From: an uncultured Bacillota bacterium
GTDB taxonomy: Bacteria > Bacillota > Clostridia > Acetivibrionales > DTU013
DNA: 64,000 nucleotides
NCBI GenBank assembly: GCA_942493145.1
Contig: OW818679.1
Span: 1,103,566-1,167,565, forward strand
Reading direction: 5' to 3'
Shown: positions 38,047 through 46,810 of the stretch, in pieces
How positions within the stretch are numbered: position 1 is the stretch's first letter
How the letters are laid out: every line of letters begins with the position of its first letter
Made by a program: the position numbers and the translations under genes
Notes under the pieces: generated by a model
The model's input: the letters and a program-made list of their open reading frames with translations, nothing else
Told to the model about the DNA's origin: nothing
Database searches by the model: none

Positions 38047-39603
38047 ATGTCACTCGAAATATTGAAGTCAAACTATGAAAGTATACTACTTCGTAATATT
38101 GGGAAGATAGCTAATGATGGAATAAAAGGCTACATTTCATCTGGAGGATATTCTGCTCTGAAGATGGTGCTTTCAATGACACCGGATGCGGTGTTGCCAA
38201 TCATCAGAGAAGCCGGACTCAGGAAAAGATCGGGAGAGGGAGCATTTATAGCCCCATTGATGACGAAGTGTCTTGAACAGACAGGTGCAGGCAAGTATTT
38301 TATATGTAACGGCACAGATGGCGATCCGGTATGTGAAATATCGGCATTCCTGCTGGAGAATGATCCCCATTCCGTATTGGAAGGAATCATTATCAGCGCA
38401 TATGCTACCGGGGCTGAGAAGGGGATATTATGCATAAACCCGGGAAAGGCTGTGGATATTGTTGAAAATGCACTAAAAGAGGCTGTTGCCGGAGGATTTA
38501 CCGGTGAAGGAATCCTTGGTACATCATACAGCTTTGAGTTGGAATTGAGGATCGTTGATAAAGCTTATATAAATAGTGAGGAATCGGCACTTCTGAATGG
38601 TCTGGAGGGTAAGACGCTCACGTCTGGAAGGACAAATCATATTACAGAAACAGGACAACCATTTCCGGGGTTGTTTGCATATGAGGGAAGTCCTGCTGTA
38701 GTCGTGGATGCCGAGGCTCTGGCGAACATACCGGTTATAATCCAAAGAGGAGCCGGTTGGTATAAAGGCATCGGCACTGAGAATTGTACAGGAACGAAGC
38801 TTTTCTGCATCAACGGAAGTGCTGCTTCCTGCGGGCTGGTCGAAGTGCCTTTTGGAACTACAATCAGAAGCATTATATATGATGTCTGTGGCGGAATTAA
38901 AGAAGGAAGCGAAATCAAAGCCTTGCTGGTTGGAGGCCCAATGGGAGGGTTTTTTACACCCGAAGGCCTCGATGTCATGCTGGATTTTGATCATCTTAAA
39001 GAAGCAGGTGCTGTTACAGGTACCGGTAGTATCGTTATATATGACACCGGCAGTTGCATAGTGAATACGGTGAAGGAGTGTATGTCCTTTTCCAGAATGG
39101 AATCCTGCGGCAAATGTGTTTTCTGCCGTGAAGGAACGTTCCAGCTACAGGAAATCCTCTCGGACATAACATCAGGAAAAAGCAGGACAAATGACCTTGA
39201 GATGCTGGCGGATCTATGTGAGGGAATGGCCGAAGGCTCGTTCTGCGCACAGGGAAAGGCTGCTCCAAACCCAGTAATTACATCACTCAAGCTATTCGGT
39301 GAGGAATATGAAGCGCATATGAAGCGCCGGAGATGTACTGCTATGGTTTGCAAGAAATATATCACCTATCATGTATTGCCGGATAAATGCACCGGTTGCG
39401 GGGATTGCATGGAGAAATGCCCGGAGGAGGCCATTGAAGGCGATGACGGCATGATACATGTCATTGACGCCGATTCCTGCACAAAATGCGGTCTGTGCCT
39501 CGAAATATGCAGCTCAGGTGCCAACGCCATAGTAAAAGCCGGACCTGTGAAGCCAATGACACCAAAGGAGCCTGTCAAAGTCGGCTCCTGGCGCAAGCGC
39601 TAA
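38047..39603 (+). CDS. NuoF-like protein with degenerate FMN/NADH motifs and a C-terminal 2x[4Fe-4S] ferredoxin domain
   Basis: The fold is collinear with NuoF/HydB. GRGGAGFPTG is replaced by RSGEGAFIAP, CNADEGEPG by CNGTDGDPV, and GAGAYICGEETAL by VDKAYINSEESAL. ESCGKCVFCREG and CTGCGDCMEKCP/CTKCGLCLEIC are retained. Confidence 0.8.
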   Translation: MSLEILKSNYESILLRNIGKIANDGIKGYISSGGYSALKMVLSMTPDAVLPIIREAGLRKRSGEGAFIAPLMTKCLEQTGAGKYFICNGTDGDPVCEISAFLLENDPHSVLEGIIISAYATGAEKGILCINPGKAVDIVENALKEAVAGGFTGEGILGTSYSFELELRIVDKAYINSEESALLNGLEGKTLTSGRTNHITETGQPFPGLFAYEGSPAVVVDAEALANIPVIIQRGAGWYKGIGTENCTGTKLFCINGSAASCGLVEVPFGTTIRSIIYDVCGGIKEGSEIKALLVGGPMGGFFTPEGLDVMLDFDHLKEAGAVTGTGSIVIYDTGSCIVNTVKECMSFSRMESCGKCVFCREGTFQLQEILSDITSGKSRTNDLEMLADLCEGMAEGSFCAQGKAAPNPVITSLKLFGEEYEAHMKRRRCTAMVCKKYITYHVLPDKCTGCGDCMEKCPEEAIEGDDGMIHVIDADSCTKCGLCLEICSSGANAIVKAGPVKPMTPKEPVKVGSWRKR

Positions 39604-39684
39604 AAGGTTCGCAGAGGAAGGAAGAATAAAAAACAATTAAAAATTTGAAAAAATAAAAACAAAATGATACGAGGAGGTTTTTTG

Positions 39685-41178
39685 ATGAAGAAGATGAACG
39701 CGGATGTAATTGTCGTAGCAGCAGGCCTGTCAGGTCTTGCAGCAGCCATTACCGCAGCTGAGAAAGGTGCCACTGTTATTGCATTTGAAAAGATGGGTAC
39801 TACAGGAGGAGCTGCAAACATGGGCATGGGCCCGCTCGGAGTAGGATCACGTTTCCAGAGGCGACGTTTCATAAGCATCACCCCAGGCGAAGCTTTCAGA
39901 AAGCATATGAACTTCACACACTTTCGCGGTGATCCAAGATTGGTCAGGGACTATTATTTCAAATCGGGTGAAACCATTGACTGGCTGGAGGACATGGGTG
40001 TAAACTTCCTTACCGTAACGAAGCTTTATCCGGTGCCGGAGGTCATGCGCCCATATGCTACCTCCGAGGAGACCTGGCATGTTGTCAGGCCGGCTGACGG
40101 AAGCGAGAACTTCGGTCCCAGGATGGCTGCGCCCATGATGAAGGCAATGACTGAAAAAGCAATTGACCTGGGTGTAGACATCCAACTCAACACGCCTGTC
40201 AAAAAGATCATTGTTGAAAATGGGCAGGTTGTTGGTGTCATTGCAGAAAGCAAGGACGGAGAAACAATTGAAGCAAGAGCAACAGGCGGAGTAATTCTGG
40301 CAACAGGCGGAGCCGGTGACAATCCTGAAATGATCAAGCAACTGACAGGTTACGAATGGGGCAAGGATCTTTACTCCTTCAGGATACCGGGAATGGATGG
40401 CGAAGGACTCAAGATGGCATGGGAAGCCGGGGCTCAAAAGACCAATGTGACAATGGAACTTATGTATACTGTTCCTTATAACCTGGCGAACCACAACAAT
40501 TTCCTGATTGACGGAGCCTTCCGTAATCCCTGCCTCTGGGTCAATGCCCTGGGTGAAAGGTTTATGAGTGAAGAATGTATCGGAAACAACACATTTGTCG
40601 GCAATGCCATAACCGAGCAGCCTAAGCGCTACATCTATTCCATATTCGACGCAAACCTTCTGAAACACTACAAGAAACACGGAGCAGACCTGGAATCATA
40701 TGTGCATCCTGTCGACATGTTCGATCATATAGAAGAAGCGATTGACGGTGCAATCAAAGACGGTTACCAGCATGTATTCGTTGCAGATACTATCGAAGAG
40801 CTGGCTCAGAAGCTTGAGATCAGTCCTGAAGTCCTTCAGAATACAGTCGATGAATACAACGGCATGTGCGACAAAGGCTTTGATGAACTTTTTGAAAAAG
40901 ACCACAGATTCCTGCAGCCTATCAAAAAGGGCAAATTCTATGCAGCCAGGTTTTACTCGGGAGCATACGGTACCCTTGGCGGAGTCAAGATCAATCACAA
41001 GACGGAAGTAATGAATGACAATTTTGAAGTTATTCCCGGATTATATGCAGTAGGACTTGAATCCTGCACGATTTATGGTGACAGCTATCCTTTCATACTT
41101 CCCGGAAATACCATGGGCTACTGCCTCAATTCAGGCCGTATTGGCGGGGAAAACGCTGCAAATCGTTCAGTTGAGTAA
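39685..41178 (+). CDS. FAD-dependent oxidoreductase of the fumarate-reductase/flavocytochrome-c flavoprotein family (FAD_binding_2)
   Basis: DVIVVAAGLSGLAAAITAAEKGATVIAFEK..TTGG at the N-terminus and GLYAVG...GNTMGYCLNSGRIGGENAA at the C-terminus. Start at MKKMNADV, with GAGGAGG 7 nt upstream. Confidence 0.8.
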   Translation: MKKMNADVIVVAAGLSGLAAAITAAEKGATVIAFEKMGTTGGAANMGMGPLGVGSRFQRRRFISITPGEAFRKHMNFTHFRGDPRLVRDYYFKSGETIDWLEDMGVNFLTVTKLYPVPEVMRPYATSEETWHVVRPADGSENFGPRMAAPMMKAMTEKAIDLGVDIQLNTPVKKIIVENGQVVGVIAESKDGETIEARATGGVILATGGAGDNPEMIKQLTGYEWGKDLYSFRIPGMDGEGLKMAWEAGAQKTNVTMELMYTVPYNLANHNNFLIDGAFRNPCLWVNALGERFMSEECIGNNTFVGNAITEQPKRYIYSIFDANLLKHYKKHGADLESYVHPVDMFDHIEEAIDGAIKDGYQHVFVADTIEELAQKLEISPEVLQNTVDEYNGMCDKGFDELFEKDHRFLQPIKKGKFYAARFYSGAYGTLGGVKINHKTEVMNDNFEVIPGLYAVGLESCTIYGDSYPFILPGNTMGYCLNSGRIGGENAANRSVE

Positions 41179-41282
41179 ATTGAGCAAGAAAAGAAATAGG
41201 GTAATGCAGCGATTAAATCAGGTAATACGGTGAATAAAAAGAAGCCGGATAATGGATGCCGGATGACGGAAGGACGATGAAT

Positions 41283-42104
41283 ATGAGCGAATTGATAAGG
41301 GGATTGACGCCCGAGGAGGCGAAGCTGCCTTATGCCAAATATTACTACAGGCCAATAGCACCACCGAATCCAAAACTGATTGAGATACTGAAACAGGGGC
41401 CTATGGATCCTGCGAAGGCACTGAAGCCCGAAAACATAAACGACTTGCTGAATCCAGGTTATCATGAAGTAGAGACCGGCTATTGCATTATGCCGGATGG
41501 AACAGGATATGCGGCTATCAACAACGTGTTCCCCGGATCTACCGTTGAAATGCACAACTGGTGGTTTGCCTGGCATGCGCTTGAAGACATCAGATACATG
41601 CTCTGGTTCAATAAGGGGCATTTTGGCATCCGTATCAGCGATGCCGACAGGGCGAAGATACTTGACCCCGATGTACCAATGGTAAAGAAGTACCAGGGTA
41701 TGCAGCATCATGTAGTAGAAGATGTGGGTGGTGGAGTGGAGGACATAGAAATCAATTTCCTGACACCGGAGGAAATGGGCTTTGATATGGAACGGTTCAA
41801 AGCCCCGGCTGTCGCAACTATAGTCGGAGCCAACGGATTTTCCCAGGCAAGGGCTGGAGGCCCAAAAGCCCCTGCAATAATGCTGCATTTCGCCCGTGAG
41901 ATTCCCGGCGGTATCGAATTCCGCACACGCTTCTGGATGGGCTGGCATATGATCAACGGAAAGCCGGTCAAACTGCTTCCGGACGGAATCAGGATACCAA
42001 TTCAGGCACCCATGGGCCTGGCCTTCCATAATGTGGAGGAGTACAGCAACCTGGCAGCATTTCTCCCTGAAATCTACAAGGAGATGCAGGGCAAGGTGTC
42101 GTAA
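41283..42104 (+). CDS. DAPG/phloretin hydrolase family (PhlG-like) C-C bond hydrolase
   Basis: Recognised from the family-like pattern ..YYRPIAPPNP.., VETGYCIMPDGTGY, WWFAWHALEDIRYMLW, and the C-terminal HNVEE (HxxxE). Recalled, not searched. Start is 41283 (GGAAGGA 8 nt upstream) or 41256. Confidence 0.6.
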   Translation: MSELIRGLTPEEAKLPYAKYYYRPIAPPNPKLIEILKQGPMDPAKALKPENINDLLNPGYHEVETGYCIMPDGTGYAAINNVFPGSTVEMHNWWFAWHALEDIRYMLWFNKGHFGIRISDADRAKILDPDVPMVKKYQGMQHHVVEDVGGGVEDIEINFLTPEEMGFDMERFKAPAVATIVGANGFSQARAGGPKAPAIMLHFAREIPGGIEFRTRFWMGWHMINGKPVKLLPDGIRIPIQAPMGLAFHNVEEYSNLAAFLPEIYKEMQGKVS

Positions 42105-42117
42105 TTCAAAGTATATT

Positions 42118-42209
42118 GGCTCTACGTCAACAGTTGGGGTGGGGTACAAGTAAAAAAATATAGATGTATTTTCGGTGGATGATTTTATTGATCATCCACC
42201 GTTTATTTT
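42118..42209 (+). repeat. Solo ISL3 end: terminal inverted repeat plus subterminal terminator hairpin, with no IS body
   Basis: GGCTCTACGTCAACAGTTGGGGTGGGGTACAAGTAAAA matches 29236-29273 with 2 mismatches over the first 38 nt. It is followed by CGGTGGATGAT / ATCATCCACCG and TTTATTTT. No transposase or second IR follows. Confidence 0.8.
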
Positions 42210-42489
42210 GTGATTGTTATTTTATACAGTGTCATGAGGTCGGCGTTGTTCATTTTCAACAACTTTTATTGATGTATTTCTTTTTAAAACTCGTCAAGGT
42301 ATAATTAATAAATAAGTGAACTATATACCCTTGAATTAATGAAATTTAGCCACATTTACTATCTGATATATATGAAATGATATAAATGAAAGTTATTAAT
42401 CATTAACACTGTTGTTTAAACTGGGCTGCAGACCTTTCGGTTTATATAGAAACGGAAGCCAGGCAGAAAAAATCAATAGGAGGGTATTT

Positions 42490-44169
42490 ATGAAAAATGT
42501 TAAACGGTTACTGGCAGTGGTTCTGGTACTGATGTTTGCATTCACAATGTTTACTGGATGCGGAGCCAAGCCTGAAGAACAGGCAGCAACTACCCAGGCA
42601 GCAGAGTCAACAGCTCCTGCTGAATCAACAGCAGAGGCACCTGCCAGCACGGCGGCAGCTGAACCGGGGAAAGCTGAACTACCGCTTACCAAAGACAAGG
42701 TCACTTTCTCAATCTGGCTTGGCTTCAATCCCCAGGTAGCAGCATTCCAGAAAACTATGGCTGATAATGCCGCTATACAGGAATTGGAAAAGCTGACCAA
42801 TGTCCATCTCGAATGGCAGGAAGTCCATCCATCGCAGCAGGTTGAGAAATGGAACCTGGCCATTGCCTCCGATGAATATCCTGATCTGGTCATTGCACTG
42901 GGCAACCTCTACCAGGGCGGCTATGACAAGGCAATTTCCGATGGCGTCGCAGTTAAGCTGAACGACTATATCGACAAATACGCTCCCAATTTGAAGGCAC
43001 TCATGGCAACAAACCCGCAAGCCGTGAAGTCAATGGTAACCGACACTGGTAATATCGGTGCGTTCCCGGCATTCATGGTCAATATGCAGGGCGAAGATTA
43101 CGGCGCCGTTGTTAGAAAAGACTGGCTCGATGCCGATGGTCTGAAAGCTCCCGTTACCTATGATGATTATTACAATATGCTCAAGGCGTTCAAGGAAAAG
43201 AACGGCGCAACCGGAGCCTTCCTCATGGGCGCAGGGATTGCACCCCAATTCGGTTGTCTGGCAGGCGGATATGGAATCAATGCCGCAAATCAGACCGATC
43301 CCTTCCTTGCGACCTCCTTCTTCCAGGTGGACGGCAAGGTCAAGTTCGGTCTTGCTGAACCCGGCTACAAGGAGTTCGTCGGCATGCTGGCCAAGTGGTA
43401 TTCAGAAGGCCTCATCTACAAGGATTACATGAAGAACAACTTCCCGTGGCCTGACGAACAAGCCGTTTTGACGAACAAAAGCGGATTGTTCTACATGGAC
43501 CAGGGCTTACTTACATCCTATGAGAAAAAGTCAACAACTCCCGGCTTCAAGCTGACAGCTGTACAGGATGCGGTTAAACAGGCAGGAGATGTGGTGCATC
43601 TGGGCAGGGATACCTCTCCTATAGCAGGCGGAGGAATCAGTGTAACCAGCAAATGCAAAAATGTGGAACTGGCTACGAAATATATCGATTTCATGTATAC
43701 TGAACAGGGCGCCATGCTCTGCAATTATGGCGTGGAAGGTGTGTCGTACAACATGGTTGACGGCAAACCCAAATATACCGAGGTCATAACCAACAATCCG
43801 GATGGTATCAATCCAAGGCTGGCCATATACAAGTTTGCTCTCGAACAGGGCGCCTTCAAGAGCGATGCCGGCAGATACCTGCAGGTCTATCCGCAGGTCG
43901 ATGCAGATGCAGCCAAGATCTGGTCCACCAACAAGGATGGTGCTTACGCATTGCCTATGAGCTTGTCCATGACACCCGAGGAAGCTTCTGATTATTCCAA
44001 AACCATCATTGATATCAATACCTTTGCAACTGAGAATGTAAATCAGTTCATTACAGGCAAAAAGCCGATGGCCGAATATGATGCATTCCTCGAGCAGATG
44101 AAGTCAATGGGCCTTGACAAGACTATTACCATCCAGCAGGCTGCTCTTGACAGGTATAACAAAAGATAA
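42490..44169 (+). CDS. Extracellular solute-binding lipoprotein (large ABC sugar-binding family 1 type)
   Basis: Signal plus lipobox MFTGCGA and a Thr/Ala/Glu-rich linker, about 560 aa overall. AGGAGGG precedes ATG 42490. No permease or ATPase genes are adjacent. Confidence 0.8.
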   Translation: MKNVKRLLAVVLVLMFAFTMFTGCGAKPEEQAATTQAAESTAPAESTAEAPASTAAAEPGKAELPLTKDKVTFSIWLGFNPQVAAFQKTMADNAAIQELEKLTNVHLEWQEVHPSQQVEKWNLAIASDEYPDLVIALGNLYQGGYDKAISDGVAVKLNDYIDKYAPNLKALMATNPQAVKSMVTDTGNIGAFPAFMVNMQGEDYGAVVRKDWLDADGLKAPVTYDDYYNMLKAFKEKNGATGAFLMGAGIAPQFGCLAGGYGINAANQTDPFLATSFFQVDGKVKFGLAEPGYKEFVGMLAKWYSEGLIYKDYMKNNFPWPDEQAVLTNKSGLFYMDQGLLTSYEKKSTTPGFKLTAVQDAVKQAGDVVHLGRDTSPIAGGGISVTSKCKNVELATKYIDFMYTEQGAMLCNYGVEGVSYNMVDGKPKYTEVITNNPDGINPRLAIYKFALEQGAFKSDAGRYLQVYPQVDADAAKIWSTNKDGAYALPMSLSMTPEEASDYSKTIIDINTFATENVNQFITGKKPMAEYDAFLEQMKSMGLDKTITIQQAALDRYNKR

Positions 44170-44175
44170 TAGACC

Positions 44176-44213
44176 AGGGACAAAGGTTGACACTTCCCCC
44201 GTCCCTTTGTCAA
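44176..44213. repeat. Short palindromic intergenic repeat (AGGGAC..TTGACAnnTTCCCCGTCCCTnTGTCAA), copy 1
   Basis: About 38 bp similar to the reverse complement of 63416-63452. Confidence 0.6.
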
Positions 44214-44271
44214 TTTCCCCCAAGGTAGGCTAAACGGGGACGGTACTTGCTCATCCATTTGTTATTAATAA

Positions 44272-44306
44272 AGCCACATGGTATAATCATACCGTGTGGC
44301 TTTTTC
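44272..44306 (+). terminator. Terminator after the solute-binding protein gene
   Basis: AGCCACATGGTAT / ATACCGTGTGGCT followed by TTTTT. Confidence 0.75.
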
Positions 44307-44349
44307 CATAAAGCCGAGTGTAATATCAAGTATAGGGGGCGACGCCGGA

Positions 44350-44703
44350 ATGAAGATTGAAGAGATAATCCGAATATTGGACGCAGAACTCCTGACATCA
44401 ACAGATACAACTTTTATAGATATATTTTCCGCTTGTGGTGCCGATCTGATGAGCGACGTAATGGCTTATGTCAAGGAAAACGTTTTGCTGCTGACGGGGT
44501 TGGTCAACCCACAGGTGATACGTACGGCTGAAATGATGGATATTAAGGCTGTTATGTTTGTAAGAGGCAAGACCCCGGGACAGGACATCATCGATCTTGC
44601 GGAAGAAAAAGGCATAATCATTATGAAAACAAAGAATCCGCTGTTTATTTCGTGCGGCAAGCTATACAAATCAGGGCTGACGGGCAGGGGTGTATGGGAT
44701 TGA
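44350..44703 (+). CDS. DRTGG domain protein
   Basis: LLLTGLVNPQVIRTAEMMDIKAVMFVRGK pattern. Small single-domain protein, first gene of the regulatory cluster. Confidence 0.75.
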   Translation: MKIEEIIRILDAELLTSTDTTFIDIFSACGADLMSDVMAYVKENVLLLTGLVNPQVIRTAEMMDIKAVMFVRGKTPGQDIIDLAEEKGIIIMKTKNPLFISCGKLYKSGLTGRGVWD

Positions 44704-45128
44704 GCGAAGATTCAATGAAACTCCAATATGATATACCGGCTGATGATTTTTCTGCTGCAGGAGAGGCATCCAGCAGTGTGAAGAAAGTCCTTGTCAAGTT
44801 GGGTGTAAGCCCTGAAGTCGTCAAAAAAGCCGCCATAGCAATGTATGAAGCGGAGATAAATGCCGTGATTCATGCAAATGGAGGATTTGCAGATGTGGAG
44901 ATAGCCCGTGATAAAATAAAAATATGCATCAGCGACAATGGACCAGGCATTCCTGATGTTGAGCAGGCCATGAAGGAAGGCTGGTCTACAGCTTCTGACA
45001 AGGTGCGCCAGCTCGGGTTCGGTGCTGGAATGGGCTTACCCAACATAAAGAGATACGCAGACAAACTTGATATAGATACGATTGTTGGAAAAGGAACAGC
45101 AGTTACCATAACCGTAAACCTTATGTAA
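44694..45128 (+). CDS. Anti-sigma-factor-type serine kinase (GHKL/HATPase_c, SpoIIAB/RsbW-like)
   Basis: AMYEAEINAVIHA (N box), DNGPGIPD (G1), GFGAGMGLPN (G2). The start is 44694 or 44715. Confidence 0.75.
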   Translation: MGLSEDSMKLQYDIPADDFSAAGEASSSVKKVLVKLGVSPEVVKKAAIAMYEAEINAVIHANGGFADVEIARDKIKICISDNGPGIPDVEQAMKEGWSTASDKVRQLGFGAGMGLPNIKRYADKLDIDTIVGKGTAVTITVNLM

Positions 45129-45149
45129 TCAGGGGAGGTTCAAAAGGCA

Positions 45150-46454
45150 GTGGAGAGCTATTTTCATTCGGTGACCCTGGATGAGGAAAAATGCCGGGGT
45201 TGTACAAACTGTATTAAAAGATGTCCGACCGAAGCAATAAGGGTGCGTAAGGGCAAGGCCAGGATAATCAACGAAAGGTGTATCGATTGTGGTGAATGCA
45301 TCAGGACGTGTCCCTACCATGCCAAAAAAGCCATCACCGATCCCTTTGACCTGATATATCAGTACAAATACAGAGTGGCCATACCTGCGCCATCTCTTTA
45401 TGGCCAGTTCAAGTCCGAGTTTACCAGGAGGCAGCTGCTTGAATCTTTGCGTGTGCTTGGCTTCAATGATGTGTTTGAAGTGGCAAGGGCAGCGGAATAT
45501 GTCACTGATGCGACAAAACGGCTCATGCAGAGGGAGGGTATAAAAAAACCGCTCATATCTTCAGCATGTCCTGCTGTTGTAAGGCTTATACAGGTTAACT
45601 TCCCAAACCTCATAGATAATCTTGTTAAACTGGAATCCCCGATGGAGACGGCCGCGAAGCTTGTAAGAAGGCGTATTTCACTCAAAGGCGATGTGCCGGA
45701 CGGCGATGTCGGAGTGTTCTTCATAACGCCATGTGCCGCCAAAGCAACAAGTGTCAAGGCACCATATGAGAATATACAATCATCTGTTAGTGGCGTAATA
45801 TCAATAAAGGATATTTATATTAAGATGATATCTGCACTGAATGCCGCAGGTGAGACCGATAATGAATCTCTCGCAGGGTTTGAGGGTATAAGATGGGCGA
45901 ATTCCGGCGGCGAAAGCGTTGCGCTTGGGACTGACAAGTTCCTGGCTGTCGATGGAATAAACAATGTGAATGCCATTCTTGAGGCAGTTGAAAATGACCA
46001 GCTTGAGGATGTTGAGTTCATAGAAGCGCTGGCATGTCCAGGAGGATGTATCGGCGGCCCACTTACCGTTGAGAATGTATATGTTGCAAAGAACAGACTA
46101 AACAAGCATGTAAATGATGCCAAAAATGAAGGCGGGACGGATGAGCGCCAGGAGCATCCTGATGAAGACCTTGTTTGGACTTCAGAACTTGAACACAAGC
46201 CGGTTATGAAGCTGGATGATGATTTCTCAGTAGCGATGAAGAAGCTTGAGGAACTTGAGATTATAAACAACCAGCTGCCGGGGCTTGACTGCGGAGCCTG
46301 CGGGGCACCCAGTTGCCGCGCTCTCGCGGAAGACATCGTAAGGGGCAATGCAAATGAAACCGATTGTATATTCAAGCTGAGGGAAAAGGTCAGGGACCTG
46401 GCTTCACAGATGATGGAACTTGAAGCGAAGATCCCGCCGGTCATGGAAAAGTAG
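45150..46454 (+). CDS. Sensory-type [FeFe]-hydrogenase-like protein (HydS/HfsB-like, no PAS domain)
   Basis: Two N-terminal ferredoxin clusters. The H-domain has altered motifs SSACPAV (versus TSCCP), TPCAAKATS, and ACPGGCIGGPL. A C-terminal CGACGAPSCRALAE Fe-S domain is present. Confidence 0.8.
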   Translation: MESYFHSVTLDEEKCRGCTNCIKRCPTEAIRVRKGKARIINERCIDCGECIRTCPYHAKKAITDPFDLIYQYKYRVAIPAPSLYGQFKSEFTRRQLLESLRVLGFNDVFEVARAAEYVTDATKRLMQREGIKKPLISSACPAVVRLIQVNFPNLIDNLVKLESPMETAAKLVRRRISLKGDVPDGDVGVFFITPCAAKATSVKAPYENIQSSVSGVISIKDIYIKMISALNAAGETDNESLAGFEGIRWANSGGESVALGTDKFLAVDGINNVNAILEAVENDQLEDVEFIEALACPGGCIGGPLTVENVYVAKNRLNKHVNDAKNEGGTDERQEHPDEDLVWTSELEHKPVMKLDDDFSVAMKKLEELEIINNQLPGLDCGACGAPSCRALAEDIVRGNANETDCIFKLREKVRDLASQMMELEAKIPPVMEK

Positions 46455-46462
46455 TAACGAGT

Positions 46463-46810
46463 ATGAATAAAGTAGGAATGAGTATGAATATTAAAGAGTT
46501 GGCAGAAAAAATCAATGCGGTTATCCTGACAGGACAGGCTGAAAACGAGGTCACCGGAATATATGCATGTGATCTCCTCAGCAGGGTCATGGCAAAGGCA
46601 ACCAAAGGGAACGCCTGGATAACAGTCCACACCCACCTCAATGTCGTAGCGGTCGCTGTCTTTGCAGAGCTTTCCTGCGTAGTGATCCCCGAAGGAATAG
46701 AGGTGGAAGAGGCTACGCTGAAAAGGGCGATAAATGAAGGCATTCCTATACTGACGACACAACTCCCGGCTTATGAAATCTGTGGGAGGTATTATGCAGT
46801 ACGCGGTTGA
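46463..46810 (+). CDS. DRTGG domain protein (second copy)
   Basis: ..ACDLLSRVMAKATKGNAWITVHTHLNVVAVAVFAELSCVVIPEG... The start may be 46463, 46478 or 46484. Confidence 0.7.
   Translation: MNKVGMSMNIKELAEKINAVILTGQAENEVTGIYACDLLSRVMAKATKGNAWITVHTHLNVVAVAVFAELSCVVIPEGIEVEEATLKRAINEGIPILTTQLPAYEICGRYYAVRG

Noticed and set aside
30909-42117. Composite transposon formed by the intact ISL3 copy and the solo end
   Set aside because: The intact IS carries its own 8-bp target duplication and restores a host terminator when excised, so it inserted alone. The second copy is only a 92-bp remnant. The bracketing is reported as an observation, not as a mobile-element call.
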